From a virus (Duplodnaviria > Caudoviricetes): 49,591 bases of DNA. The notes under the pieces were generated by a model. It searched no databases. It was not told where the DNA came from and saw only the letters and a list, made by a program, of their open reading frames with translations. Location: positions 1-49,591 of IMG/VR virus record IMGVR_UViG_3300020403_000017; one strand, written 5' to 3'. Shown one piece after another: positions 1-8,295 of the stretch (positions are counted from its first letter, which is position 1; every line of letters begins with the position of its first letter). Position numbers and translations under genes: made by a program.

Positions 1-65
1 AGAAACTTTCTTGATATAAATCTCTCTGTATATTTGTCGGCAAATGCCTTAATCTGTGCCACCAT
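1..65 (-). CDS. 5' end of a small, possibly holin-like/membrane protein (runs off the window)
   Basis: Not in the ORF track. AGGAGG-ATAAA-ATG at 65 reads MVAQIKAFADKYTERFISRKF. An SRKF motif often precedes the first TM helix of small phage holin-like proteins, but only 21 codons are visible. Confidence 0.55.
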   Translation of the reverse strand, partial: MVAQIKAFADKYTERFISRKF

Positions 66-74
66 TTTATCCTC

Positions 75-3000
75 CTAAATGTTGACATGAGCGAAACCGT
101 CTTTACGCTCGATGTTTATTTGCATATCTACGCAGTCCTTAAGACCGTCTAGATGTGAAATAAGTAGGACAGTTTTAAAATAACCCTTGATCATATCAAG
201 TATTCTCACAAAACCTTCCATATTTTCTTCATCTAGGGCCGTTCCGGGCTCGTCTAATATAAATAGATCCGACTTTGGTAAACTAGACACTGTCAAAAAT
301 GCCAAGCGGATTGCCATTGATGCAATTGTCTTTTCTGCTCCGGATCCCATCTCCAGCGGACGCGGTTCGTGCTTTGCATGTTTGATAAAGATATCTAACT
401 TATCTTCATTGTTAGTAATGAAAACTTCAAAGTCTACAATATTTGTGAGGATCTTTGCAATCTCTTGGTTGATAAATGGTAGTCTTCTTTTTATAATTTC
501 ATAGGATACACCATTTGGATGGCAACAGGTCATCAGCAAGTGATAGGCTGCAAAGTCATCCTTTAACTTCTCATATTCATCTTTCTGTTCCTCAACATGA
601 GCTAGCTTCTGTTCCAGGGATCCTTGCTTTTTGTGGAGGTTCAAGATCTTGTTTTCACATGCTTCCAGCTTCTTTTCTACATTCTCGTTCTCAAGAATGA
701 TTTCATCCTTGTTAGACAACAGCTCCTTAAGATTTTCTATTGCATCCCTGTTCTGTTCGTACTCACTGCTCTTACTTTGAAGATGCTCTAACTCAACCTG
801 TTCTTTGAACAGTAAACTATCCGCCTTCTCTATTGCAAGCTTGTTTGTTGCAATGGAGGTTGCCAAAGTGTTTCTCTTGTCTACCAACAAGTTATACTTT
901 TCGATATGTTCTGCAACTTTCTCAGGTTCAAAAGATCTTATCTCTTCTCCAATCTTATTGGCACCAAAAGCATGCGCAGCTATTTTCTTTTCTGCAATCT
1001 GTATCAAGGGGCCTGCGTCATGTGCATCTCTAATGAACCTACACGATGGATACTCTGACCCACAGGGAACTTCCGACAACAGTGTCTGCTTCTTTATATG
1101 ATTGTCTTTCTCTGTTGTGATAGACTGAACTGAAGACAGTAGGTTGCTAAGTTCTTTCTTTTTGTTTTCAATTGCTTCTTTCTTTTTCTGGTATGATGAT
1201 ATGTCAAACTGTGATAGAAAAGCTGCTATGTTCTCAAACTTTTCCTCACTGACTTCAAGTTGCTTAATGGCCTCGGTTTTCCTCGAAGTCTCCCTTAAGA
1301 TTGTCTCTTTTTTCTGCGATATCTTCCTAGAAGTAATTACTGGATCTATAATCTCTGCTGGTACAGATTCAATCTTTGCTGTAACTTCTTTAAGCTTTTT
1401 GTTGTTTTCCGCAATTTCATCTTTTAAAGATGAGCAGCTAGCCTTGTTTGATTCTATTCCTAATTCACTATTCGCTATATCTCTCTTAAGAGAAACTATC
1501 TCAGTCTCGAAATCAATACCCTCTAATCTTCTAAGGGCTGCTTTGGTGAGTGCTGATTCCTCCTTGGCCAGTTTAAACTTTTTATCAAATATCTCTAAGT
1601 CTAAGAACTTCGCTAAGAACTCTTTTCTCTTAGTTGATCCTTCGTTGACAAATGATAGCGAATCTAGTTGACTTGCCATCGATGTGGTTAAAAAGTCCTG
1701 GATCGTACCAAAGTACTTTCTTACGTTCTTGTCTGTGTCTTGTCTAGAAGTACCGTTCAGGCCTTCTGTATTGCCTGCCATGTCTTTTTTATAAAACTCT
1801 AGGTCTGTACTTGCTTCTTTGGTTTCAACGCCCTTAAGGCGCTTTGTGTACTTCTCAGACGTCCGCTCTACCACATACTCCGTGTCGTCGATCTTTATAG
1901 TTGCAGTTGCAGAACAGCCTGGTTTATTTTGATTAATGATGTTTAGATTTTTTCTAATAGATTTCGAGGTTGAATTATACATAGAATATAATAAAGTATC
2001 AACGATTGATGACTTCCCTGAATAATTCTTTCCAAAGATGCCGACAATTCCTTCCAACTTATTGAAATCTATACTGTTTCCTTCTCCGTAATTAAATAAG
2101 TTATCCCACTCCAAAGACTGAAGTGACCAATGCACGTTACGCATTACGTCCTCTTCTTCCTCTACTCTGACATTGTATTTTCTGTTTAGATCGTAGACCT
2201 TTTTCATGACAGCATCTGTGACTTCAAATTCTTTAAGATACTCATCTATTAGAGATTCTTGAGTTTTTATATCTCTTAAGTCCTCCTGCTTCATCCCATC
2301 AGGAGCCTTGACTGTGATCTGTTTTCCTGCAGCTCTATTCAAGTATGTAACTGATTCAGGGTTGTACCTATACTTGACTATATCAACCGCTTTTCTTACT
2401 TTGTCCAGCGTAACGTTTTCATCTGATACTATTCTTAGTCTTGCTCCTTCGGGTGGTTTCTTTCTTGGAAGGTTTCCAGCCTTTGTGAGTTCCAACGTAA
2501 TAAAAGGCTTTGGATTAGTAAAAGTAATAAGCCTGTTGGTAAACTCATCTCTATTCTCTATATCCCAAAGCAAGTATCCCTTGTCTAAAGATTCACCAAA
2601 ATTCTGCTGCACTGTGGATCCCGCATACCATATGCGACCTTCTTTGTCCAGTTTTTGTGTTTTGTGTATATCACCTAGAAACGCGAAATCGAAATCGTCG
2701 AATATCTCTATGCTGTGATCACCACCGAGCGTCCAATTGCTATCTGTCTTTGATTTGTCGATGGCGCCATGATAAAGGGCAATGTTGACAGCATCAGGGT
2801 TGGTTGGCTTCACCCAATTGTCTTCGTCAAAGACGGATAAGACATTTAGGCTGAAATCTTCGTTGAGTTGTACCTCTCCTGCATTCTTAATCAAGATTAA
2901 TCTTGGCGAATTAATCGCTTTAACGATCGGAGAAAGAGCGTCTTGTCTACTGCCGTTGCGTAAGTTGCCATCATGATTTCCCAATATAATATAGGTTGGC

Positions 3001-3224
3001 GCGATGGCAGATAACTCTTCAAAAAATTCTCTACATAGGTCCACAAACTCTGGTGAAATTTGTGTCTTTGTATGTGCAATGTCTCCGCAATGAACAATAT
3101 AGTCGACATTTTCTTCTTTTAGTGATTTGTATAATTGTTTGAACACTTCTCTGTATTCAAAGTGGTATTTTAGATTTCGGATGTGGGTATCCGCAATATG
3201 AGCAAATCTCAATGTGGTCTCCAT
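75..3224 (-). CDS. Fused Mre11/SbcD nuclease - Rad50/SbcC ATPase (gp47-gp46-like recombination nuclease)
   Basis: Phosphoesterase motifs HIADTH, GDIAH, GNHD, YHG, GDIH, YAGS. These are followed by Walker A GKNYSGKS, a long coiled coil, signature MGSGAEK, Walker B FILDEP-ALD and H-loop LISH. The true start may be TTG at 3212 (GGAG upstream). Confidence 0.95.
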   Translation of the reverse strand: METTLRFAHIADTHIRNLKYHFEYREVFKQLYKSLKEENVDYIVHCGDIAHTKTQISPEFVDLCREFFEELSAIAPTYIILGNHDGNLRNGSRQDALSPIVKAINSPRLILIKNAGEVQLNEDFSLNVLSVFDEDNWVKPTNPDAVNIALYHGAIDKSKTDSNWTLGGDHSIEIFDDFDFAFLGDIHKTQKLDKEGRIWYAGSTVQQNFGESLDKGYLLWDIENRDEFTNRLITFTNPKPFITLELTKAGNLPRKKPPEGARLRIVSDENVTLDKVRKAVDIVKYRYNPESVTYLNRAAGKQITVKAPDGMKQEDLRDIKTQESLIDEYLKEFEVTDAVMKKVYDLNRKYNVRVEEEEDVMRNVHWSLQSLEWDNLFNYGEGNSIDFNKLEGIVGIFGKNYSGKSSIVDTLLYSMYNSTSKSIRKNLNIINQNKPGCSATATIKIDDTEYVVERTSEKYTKRLKGVETKEASTDLEFYKKDMAGNTEGLNGTSRQDTDKNVRKYFGTIQDFLTTSMASQLDSLSFVNEGSTKRKEFLAKFLDLEIFDKKFKLAKEESALTKAALRRLEGIDFETEIVSLKRDIANSELGIESNKASCSSLKDEIAENNKKLKEVTAKIESVPAEIIDPVITSRKISQKKETILRETSRKTEAIKQLEVSEEKFENIAAFLSQFDISSYQKKKEAIENKKKELSNLLSSVQSITTEKDNHIKKQTLLSEVPCGSEYPSCRFIRDAHDAGPLIQIAEKKIAAHAFGANKIGEEIRSFEPEKVAEHIEKYNLLVDKRNTLATSIATNKLAIEKADSLLFKEQVELEHLQSKSSEYEQNRDAIENLKELLSNKDEIILENENVEKKLEACENKILNLHKKQGSLEQKLAHVEEQKDEYEKLKDDFAAYHLLMTCCHPNGVSYEIIKRRLPFINQEIAKILTNIVDFEVFITNNEDKLDIFIKHAKHEPRPLEMGSGAEKTIASMAIRLAFLTVSSLPKSDLFILDEPGTALDEENMEGFVRILDMIKGYFKTVLLISHLDGLKDCVDMQINIERKDGFAHVNI

Positions 3225-3243
3225 TAGTTATTGTTATGGGATA

Positions 3244-3272
3244 AGTTTATCAGGTTTGGACAGGGTTGTCAA
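3244..3272 (-). promoter_or_regulatory. Sigma70-type promoter for the Mre11-Rad50 gene
   Basis: Minus strand TTGACA (3272-3267), 17-bp spacer, TGn extended -10 and TAAACT (3249-3244), in the intergenic gap. Confidence 0.8.
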
Positions 3273-3278
3273 GAATTA

Positions 3279-3803
3279 TTATTGAATAGGTACAAAAGCT
3301 AACTTTTCATTTTGATTTATTGGCTTGACGGACTTGCCAAGAGCCTTTTCGGCTGCAGCCTTGAGTTGACTTAACTGCTTGCGCCCGGCGAGTGATGACT
3401 GACTTCGGACTATTTCTGCATGGTCTACTTCTGTCTTGTAGACACCGCTTTCTACTTTTCCGGGGGCTTGACGGGGCTGCTGTTTCTGCTCTGGACTATG
3501 GCCATGATCTTTGGCGACCTCCATCGCAAGGTCGGCAAGTGACTTCGGCGACGGATTGAGGCTGTTCATTATCATTTTTTTGTAAAAACCTTTAATCGCG
3601 CCGGGTTTCTTATGGAGGCCCGGGTGCTTTTTGTTTAGGTAATTAGCTAACTTTTTTTGCATGGCCTGATTTAGAGGGTTTCTGGCCATAGCATCCTTGA
3701 CCCCTTGTTCTGCTCCAGATTCGCCGGGCAATTTACTATCCTGCTCTGAAATGATATTTGATATCTCTTCTTTTATAATCTGTACAAGTTCTGATCTTTT
3801 CAT
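3279..3803 (-). CDS. Hypothetical protein with N-terminal ELVQIIKEE motif (possible internal head protein)
   Basis: 174-aa ORF starting MKRSELVQIIKEEISNIISE; Lys/Gln/Pro-rich, with no recognisable enzyme motif. Confidence 0.75.
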   Translation of the reverse strand: MKRSELVQIIKEEISNIISEQDSKLPGESGAEQGVKDAMARNPLNQAMQKKLANYLNKKHPGLHKKPGAIKGFYKKMIMNSLNPSPKSLADLAMEVAKDHGHSPEQKQQPRQAPGKVESGVYKTEVDHAEIVRSQSSLAGRKQLSQLKAAAEKALGKSVKPINQNEKLAFVPIQ

Positions 3804-3805
3804 TT

Positions 3806-3976
3806 TCAGATCCTCTGCAGGCCCAAGTCCTTAAGTTGTTCGGGGGAAAGCTTCTCAAGAATAATCTCGAAGGCCAACTTCTCTGATTCTGTTAGAGAGT
3901 TGATATCACCTGTTGTTGCGAGGTGATCCATTTCTTCTTTGATTATTTCTTTTAATCTTCTTTTTGTGATTTGCAT
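3806..3976 (-). CDS. Small 56-aa protein with N-terminal RLKEIIKEE motif
   Basis: Not in the ORF track. GGAG 7 nt before the ATG at 3976; reads MQITKRRLKEIIKEEMDHLATTGDINSLTESEKLAFEIILEKLSPEQLKDLGLQRI*. It fills the gap between the primase and the 174-aa ORF. Confidence 0.85.
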   Translation of the reverse strand: MQITKRRLKEIIKEEMDHLATTGDINSLTESEKLAFEIILEKLSPEQLKDLGLQRI

Positions 3977-3988
3977 GGTTGAACTCCG

Positions 3989-4906
3989 TTAAAAGTCAAG
4001 TTTATAATGTAAATAGTCTAAATCTGTTATAAAGTCAGCATTTTGTTTCCTCTGCAGAAACTCGTCCCGTGGCATTTCGGCCGCGTCTTCATATGGGGAA
4101 ATCTCAATTGATCTTGTGGCAATGCCATATTCTTTAAATCTTTTTGAAATAATTAGTTCTTTATCTTTTGCATCAGTATCAAGTGCAAGATAAACCTCTT
4201 TCTTATTCTGACACACTTTTTGAAACAAACTATGCGTCTCTCTCAGTGTTGAGCCCAAGAGCGGAATTGTGTTTTTGTGCTTTATTGCATCAAAGGCGCC
4301 TTCGACGATTACTATATCATCATCCCAATCTATATTTAAATCATTAAACACTACGTCTTTGCTAACTCGTGGATTCTTATATTTCATGAAGTCATCTGTG
4401 TATGACCTAGCTATAAAATAATTTAATTGCCCTTTTGTACTAAAGGAGGGAACTATAACGCGGCCTGCATATTCACCGAAATCACAGAAACCAATCTTCC
4501 ACTTCAGTATGTCGAGGTCTGTAATATCGCGAGAATAAAGATACTTTAAAGCTTTTAGTTTGTCACCGGTCTTTCTACCAGTCAGAGTTTTAAACTCTTC
4601 AGGGAACTTGATAACCTGCGGTGGCTCTTCATGGTCTTCCCTAAATATAAATTCATACTGAGATAGGTCTATCTCTTCTGCTATTGAAGACCATTCAGTG
4701 TAATGTTCTGGTGCATACCTTTTGATTAGATAGGAGATCTTGTTTCCAGAGAAGCCGCAGACCCAACATTTAAATGCATTCTTCTCTACATTTACTGACA
4801 TTTTTAGTTTTTCGTGATTACATTTAGGGCACTGAAAAAGTAACTCGTCGTTTGTCACCCAGTGCCGGCCAAAGGCTTTCTTAAGTATCTGTGCCTTGTC
4901 GGACAA
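3989..4906 (-). CDS. DNA primase (DnaG/T4 gp61-like)
   Basis: N-terminal zinc finger CPKC..CWVC, GRVIVP, TOPRIM motifs IVEGAFDAI and LALDTDA. TTG start with GGGGAG RBS. Confidence 0.9.
   Translation of the reverse strand: MSDKAQILKKAFGRHWVTNDELLFQCPKCNHEKLKMSVNVEKNAFKCWVCGFSGNKISYLIKRYAPEHYTEWSSIAEEIDLSQYEFIFREDHEEPPQVIKFPEEFKTLTGRKTGDKLKALKYLYSRDITDLDILKWKIGFCDFGEYAGRVIVPSFSTKGQLNYFIARSYTDDFMKYKNPRVSKDVVFNDLNIDWDDDIVIVEGAFDAIKHKNTIPLLGSTLRETHSLFQKVCQNKKEVYLALDTDAKDKELIISKRFKEYGIATRSIEISPYEDAAEMPRDEFLQRKQNADFITDLDYLHYKLDF
4010..4017 (-). promoter_or_regulatory. ACTATTTA motif (candidate late promoter) upstream of the IIKEE genes
   Basis: Same octamer as at 9374 and 30898; lies about 34 nt before the ATG at 3976, inside the primase 3' end. 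Confidence 0.45.
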
Positions 4907-5435
4907 TGTTCTCCCCCGCTAATGCTATAATTATACTGTCGCACATATCGTGCATCCCAGGCTTGGGATTTCCATGCTTTGTATATAATATCTCAATATC
5001 GGGGTATTTGTCAATAACAAATTCAAGAACTTTTTCTTTTGCATTATCTCCTCTCTTGATACCTACTCCTGCTTTCTTACGTGCTGAAGTTGCAGCAACC
5101 ATCTCGGGATGAAGATTGAAACTTTCGTAGCAGAGCCATGATACAATACCGTTGAAGCGCGATAAGGTAGATAATGTTTGAGCTGATGAGAAGCCTGATC
5201 GAAACGAATGCAGAGATTGCTCTATGAATATGTTAGTTATATCATAATCTTTTTTAAATGTCAATAGGTTTTTTCTTAATAAGTCTGCCTTATGGTAGAG
5301 TGTTGGAAATTTGTTTTTGTTTCTAGTGTCCCAATATTCACTCTTTATTATTTTACCGTCTTCTACAAGTGTGGCGCCTGTAATTGAAGTCGAAATATCA
5401 AGGCCCAATGTTATGTTTCTTTTTGAGGTGTTCAA
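4881..5435 (-). CDS. RuvC-like Holliday junction resolvase
   Basis: RNase H-fold acidic motifs LGLDISTSITG, IFIEQ and DMCDSIIIA. Confidence 0.85.
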   Translation of the reverse strand: MNTSKRNITLGLDISTSITGATLVEDGKIIKSEYWDTRNKNKFPTLYHKADLLRKNLLTFKKDYDITNIFIEQSLHSFRSGFSSAQTLSTLSRFNGIVSWLCYESFNLHPEMVAATSARKKAGVGIKRGDNAKEKVLEFVIDKYPDIEILYTKHGNPKPGMHDMCDSIIIALAGENIVRQGTDT

Positions 5436-6018
5436 CGTACTTTTCCATTAATTCAAATCTTTGGTCGCCATTGCCGTGATACCAAGACCAAATAATAGAC
5501 CCTTTAATTTCATCTATTTCACCTTCCAACTTTTGGTTGGTTTCTTTCATTAGGTCTATCTGGTCTTGAGTTGGCTCTGGCGGCTCTATTCCCAATTCTT
5601 CTGCTACCTCAACTATACCATAATAATCGTTGTTTTCTAAAGATATTCTGGCTTTTTCAAACAAGGCTCCCTTGTATTCTCGTTCAAACTCAGGTTTGCT
5701 AGCCAACTTGTCAGGGTGAATTAATCTTGCTATCTTCTTGAACACTTGCTTAAGGTTTGAGTCTTTTTCTTCTTTTTTTACTTCTACTCTTTCACCATCG
5801 GTTTCACCGTTGTGATACTCTCCGGGTGGGGATGTTTTCTGATCTTGTGGCTTTTCTTCTTGTTCTTCTTGTTTTACTTTGTTTGCGCCAGTGAACTCTC
5901 TTAATTCTTCTGTGAATAATTTATATGCTTCTTCAAATATCTCGTTTGTTATTTGGAGTGATTCTTTTAGAAACTTAGTTCGAACAACTAGAAGCCTATA
6001 TTTGCCTTTTACTTCCAT
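5398..6018 (-). CDS. J-domain (DnaJ-like) co-chaperone
   Basis: LKQVFKKIARLIHPDKL: J-domain helix II plus the HPD motif, in an otherwise coiled-coil protein. Confidence 0.8.
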   Translation of the reverse strand: MEVKGKYRLLVVRTKFLKESLQITNEIFEEAYKLFTEELREFTGANKVKQEEQEEKPQDQKTSPPGEYHNGETDGERVEVKKEEKDSNLKQVFKKIARLIHPDKLASKPEFEREYKGALFEKARISLENNDYYGIVEVAEELGIEPPEPTQDQIDLMKETNQKLEGEIDEIKGSIIWSWYHGNGDQRFELMEKYVEHLKKKHNIGP

Positions 6019-6019
6019 T

Positions 6020-7222
6020 TTAGAAGTCTAAGCGCATTTTAATCATATAGTCTCTATCTGGTGTCTTCTTTATCGGATTAGCTAGTGTGGCCACAGCTAT
6101 GAGATTTTTATCCTCATCGTATATCCCAACCTTTGAAATGTAGGTGGTATCCTTGTACGGTGCATCAAAGTTAACATAAGTAGAGTGAACAATGTTCTTG
6201 ATCTTAACTTCCGGCTCGACAAAAGCTTTCTTGTTTGCTGAAGGTATTTGGGTACTTTGTGTTAGATAGCTTGGATTTGTAGAAAAATTATGCATACCTT
6301 TCTCTGCGAATGCAAACATCGTTAATGTTGGTATCTTGTTTGTGCCCTTAAAGTTTATCTCATATGATGAATCCGTAACACTACCGCTGGCAAGTGTCGT
6401 ACCAACAAGTGGCAGGCCTGTGCCGAATGATAGCCAAGAAGATTCTCTATTCGCGGCTTCAAAGAAATGGTCCTGGTACGGGGAAGCTAAGTCCCATGAA
6501 CCTGTCAACACCACTAAGCCCTGCTCGTAAATAACACATCCAGCAATTGAGCCAAGATTTGATCCACTAGTTTGTATCAGAACACCATCTTTGTTGGTAT
6601 CTTTTAGTTGACCTTTAATCGTACCCTCAACATAATAGTTCAACTCTATTGAACCCGGGTCTATACGGGAACCGTAAAAGATACCGGGGATACATATCAT
6701 ATTCACTTCTTTGGTGCCCATATCAGAGTATGTAAAGTTTTGCCCTAGCTGGTTTCTGCTGTTTATGACGTTTTTAAGGGCTCTTATATATTTCTTATTA
6801 GGGGCAGCATAAACCTCTTCTTCACGTGGAACAGTTGGAACAAGAGAATTTACTTCTGGTCCTGCAGGGATATAAATACGATTAATGCTAGCAGATGCTG
6901 GATACGGAATGTTTATCTGATCACCATGGGCGAAGATAGTATCGTCCGCAAAATCGGTTTGAGATACTGTCCTATGTGCATACCTTGTTGTATCTTTATA
7001 AGCGAACGAAGAAACCAAGGCATCTGATGGCCTATTAACGTTTATTTCGTACAAGCTGACCTCGCCATTTAGAACATGGTTCACTTTGTTAGAAAAATCA
7101 CCGTCGGGTAAGATTTCGTCGTTCTTGTACGTCGTTGCGTTCTGGATTATGAATTTATATTCGGGCTTGGCGACTAAGGTACTATAGATTAAGTCCTGCC
7201 CTCCAAACCTCTTTAAAGTCAT
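6020..7222 (-). CDS. Virion structural protein (baseplate/tail-fibre attachment-like), paralogue of 7224..8279
   Basis: C-terminal KVGIYDEDKNLIAVATLANPIKK..MRLDF and NFSTNPSY, shared with the next ORF. Confidence 0.65.
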   Translation of the reverse strand: MTLKRFGGQDLIYSTLVAKPEYKFIIQNATTYKNDEILPDGDFSNKVNHVLNGEVSLYEINVNRPSDALVSSFAYKDTTRYAHRTVSQTDFADDTIFAHGDQINIPYPASASINRIYIPAGPEVNSLVPTVPREEEVYAAPNKKYIRALKNVINSRNQLGQNFTYSDMGTKEVNMICIPGIFYGSRIDPGSIELNYYVEGTIKGQLKDTNKDGVLIQTSGSNLGSIAGCVIYEQGLVVLTGSWDLASPYQDHFFEAANRESSWLSFGTGLPLVGTTLASGSVTDSSYEINFKGTNKIPTLTMFAFAEKGMHNFSTNPSYLTQSTQIPSANKKAFVEPEVKIKNIVHSTYVNFDAPYKDTTYISKVGIYDEDKNLIAVATLANPIKKTPDRDYMIKMRLDF

Positions 7223-7223
7223 T

Positions 7224-8279
7224 TTAGTAGTCCAGTCTGACCCTCAAGGTCAACTCATTGGTTGGATCCTTACGAAGTGGTTCTGAAAGCTTCGCGACTG
7301 CCAACAATTCGTTGTCAGCGGAATACAGACCCACTGTTGTAACATAGGATCTAGGTGGTGTCTTGTTATCATCTGCCTTGACTATAACCTTACTTCCAGA
7401 TAGGTAAGTAGGGTTAGAGCTGTAGTTGAACTCATTATGGTTTGCTCTACAGAAATAGATTGTAGAGTTCAGCTCAGTAGTATTGTTGAACTGCATGGTT
7501 TGAATTCTGTGAGTGAATGCTGTACCCATCTGCTGAATAGTAGAGGACGTGATTACTTGGTTGTGTGTACCTGTTGGTCCATCTCCACCTTCTGCAAAAA
7601 TAGTTGCATCACCAGCTCCGAGAACAGATGCAGTCAATACTGCAATACCTGCCTGATAATAAATAAGACCAACATTGACACCTGTTGCTGTCTGCGTCAA
7701 AATACCATATTCACCAGCTGGTGAGTTTGTGTGATAGTTTGTCAAAGAACCTGTGTCTGTGATTGTATCTATTATCTCAGATCCAGCCATTGAGCCAAAA
7801 GGCGTAGCATACGTAGATGCAGTACCCAGTGAAAGTGTAAAGCTGCCCTTCTTGATCTCATCCTTAACCAAGAGGCGCGAGAAATTCATAAAGAAAACTT
7901 CATCGTGCTTAGTTCCGGCCGTTAGATCTCCGTCTGCATCAAACCTACGAACACTACCTGATGGATCAAACCCGACGAGGATCTGCGCCATCTGATTGTA
8001 CATATTGAGCTTCTTAGCTGTATAACTGCTTGTTGCTATGTTCCATCCAGAATTAGAAGAAAATCCGTATGAAACATCAAATATATGATTAGCTGAAGAA
8101 CTCAAGTATGGGTAATCATACACTGAGTTAAACATTGCATGTGAGAATGTCTTTATGTTTTCGTTTGCTACGTAAGTTCCCGATACGAGACTGCCCGTAA
8201 TCGGAATTGCCTCGTGAAGAAGTGTTCTTGAGGTTGTTCTATCTTTTTCGGCAAAACTCTTAAAAAATGTATTGGCCAT
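7224..8279 (-). CDS. Virion structural protein (baseplate/tail-fibre attachment-like)
   Basis: C-terminal TVGLYSADNELLAVAKLSEPLRKD..LRVRLDY and FNYSSNPTY; AGGAG RBS. Confidence 0.65.
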   Translation of the reverse strand: MANTFFKSFAEKDRTTSRTLLHEAIPITGSLVSGTYVANENIKTFSHAMFNSVYDYPYLSSSANHIFDVSYGFSSNSGWNIATSSYTAKKLNMYNQMAQILVGFDPSGSVRRFDADGDLTAGTKHDEVFFMNFSRLLVKDEIKKGSFTLSLGTASTYATPFGSMAGSEIIDTITDTGSLTNYHTNSPAGEYGILTQTATGVNVGLIYYQAGIAVLTASVLGAGDATIFAEGGDGPTGTHNQVITSSTIQQMGTAFTHRIQTMQFNNTTELNSTIYFCRANHNEFNYSSNPTYLSGSKVIVKADDNKTPPRSYVTTVGLYSADNELLAVAKLSEPLRKDPTNELTLRVRLDY

Positions 8280-8295
8280 TATTATCTCCTAACTA

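Noticed and set aside
3904-3927. ATCACCT..AGGTGAT inverted repeat
   Set aside because: Only 7 bp, inside a coding region and with no U-tract; compatible with chance.
5398-5435. Possible programmed frameshift fusing the J-domain protein to RuvC at C-AAA-AAG
   Set aside because: RuvC is in the +1 frame relative to the J gene, so a -1 slip would not join them; the heptamer is also imperfect.
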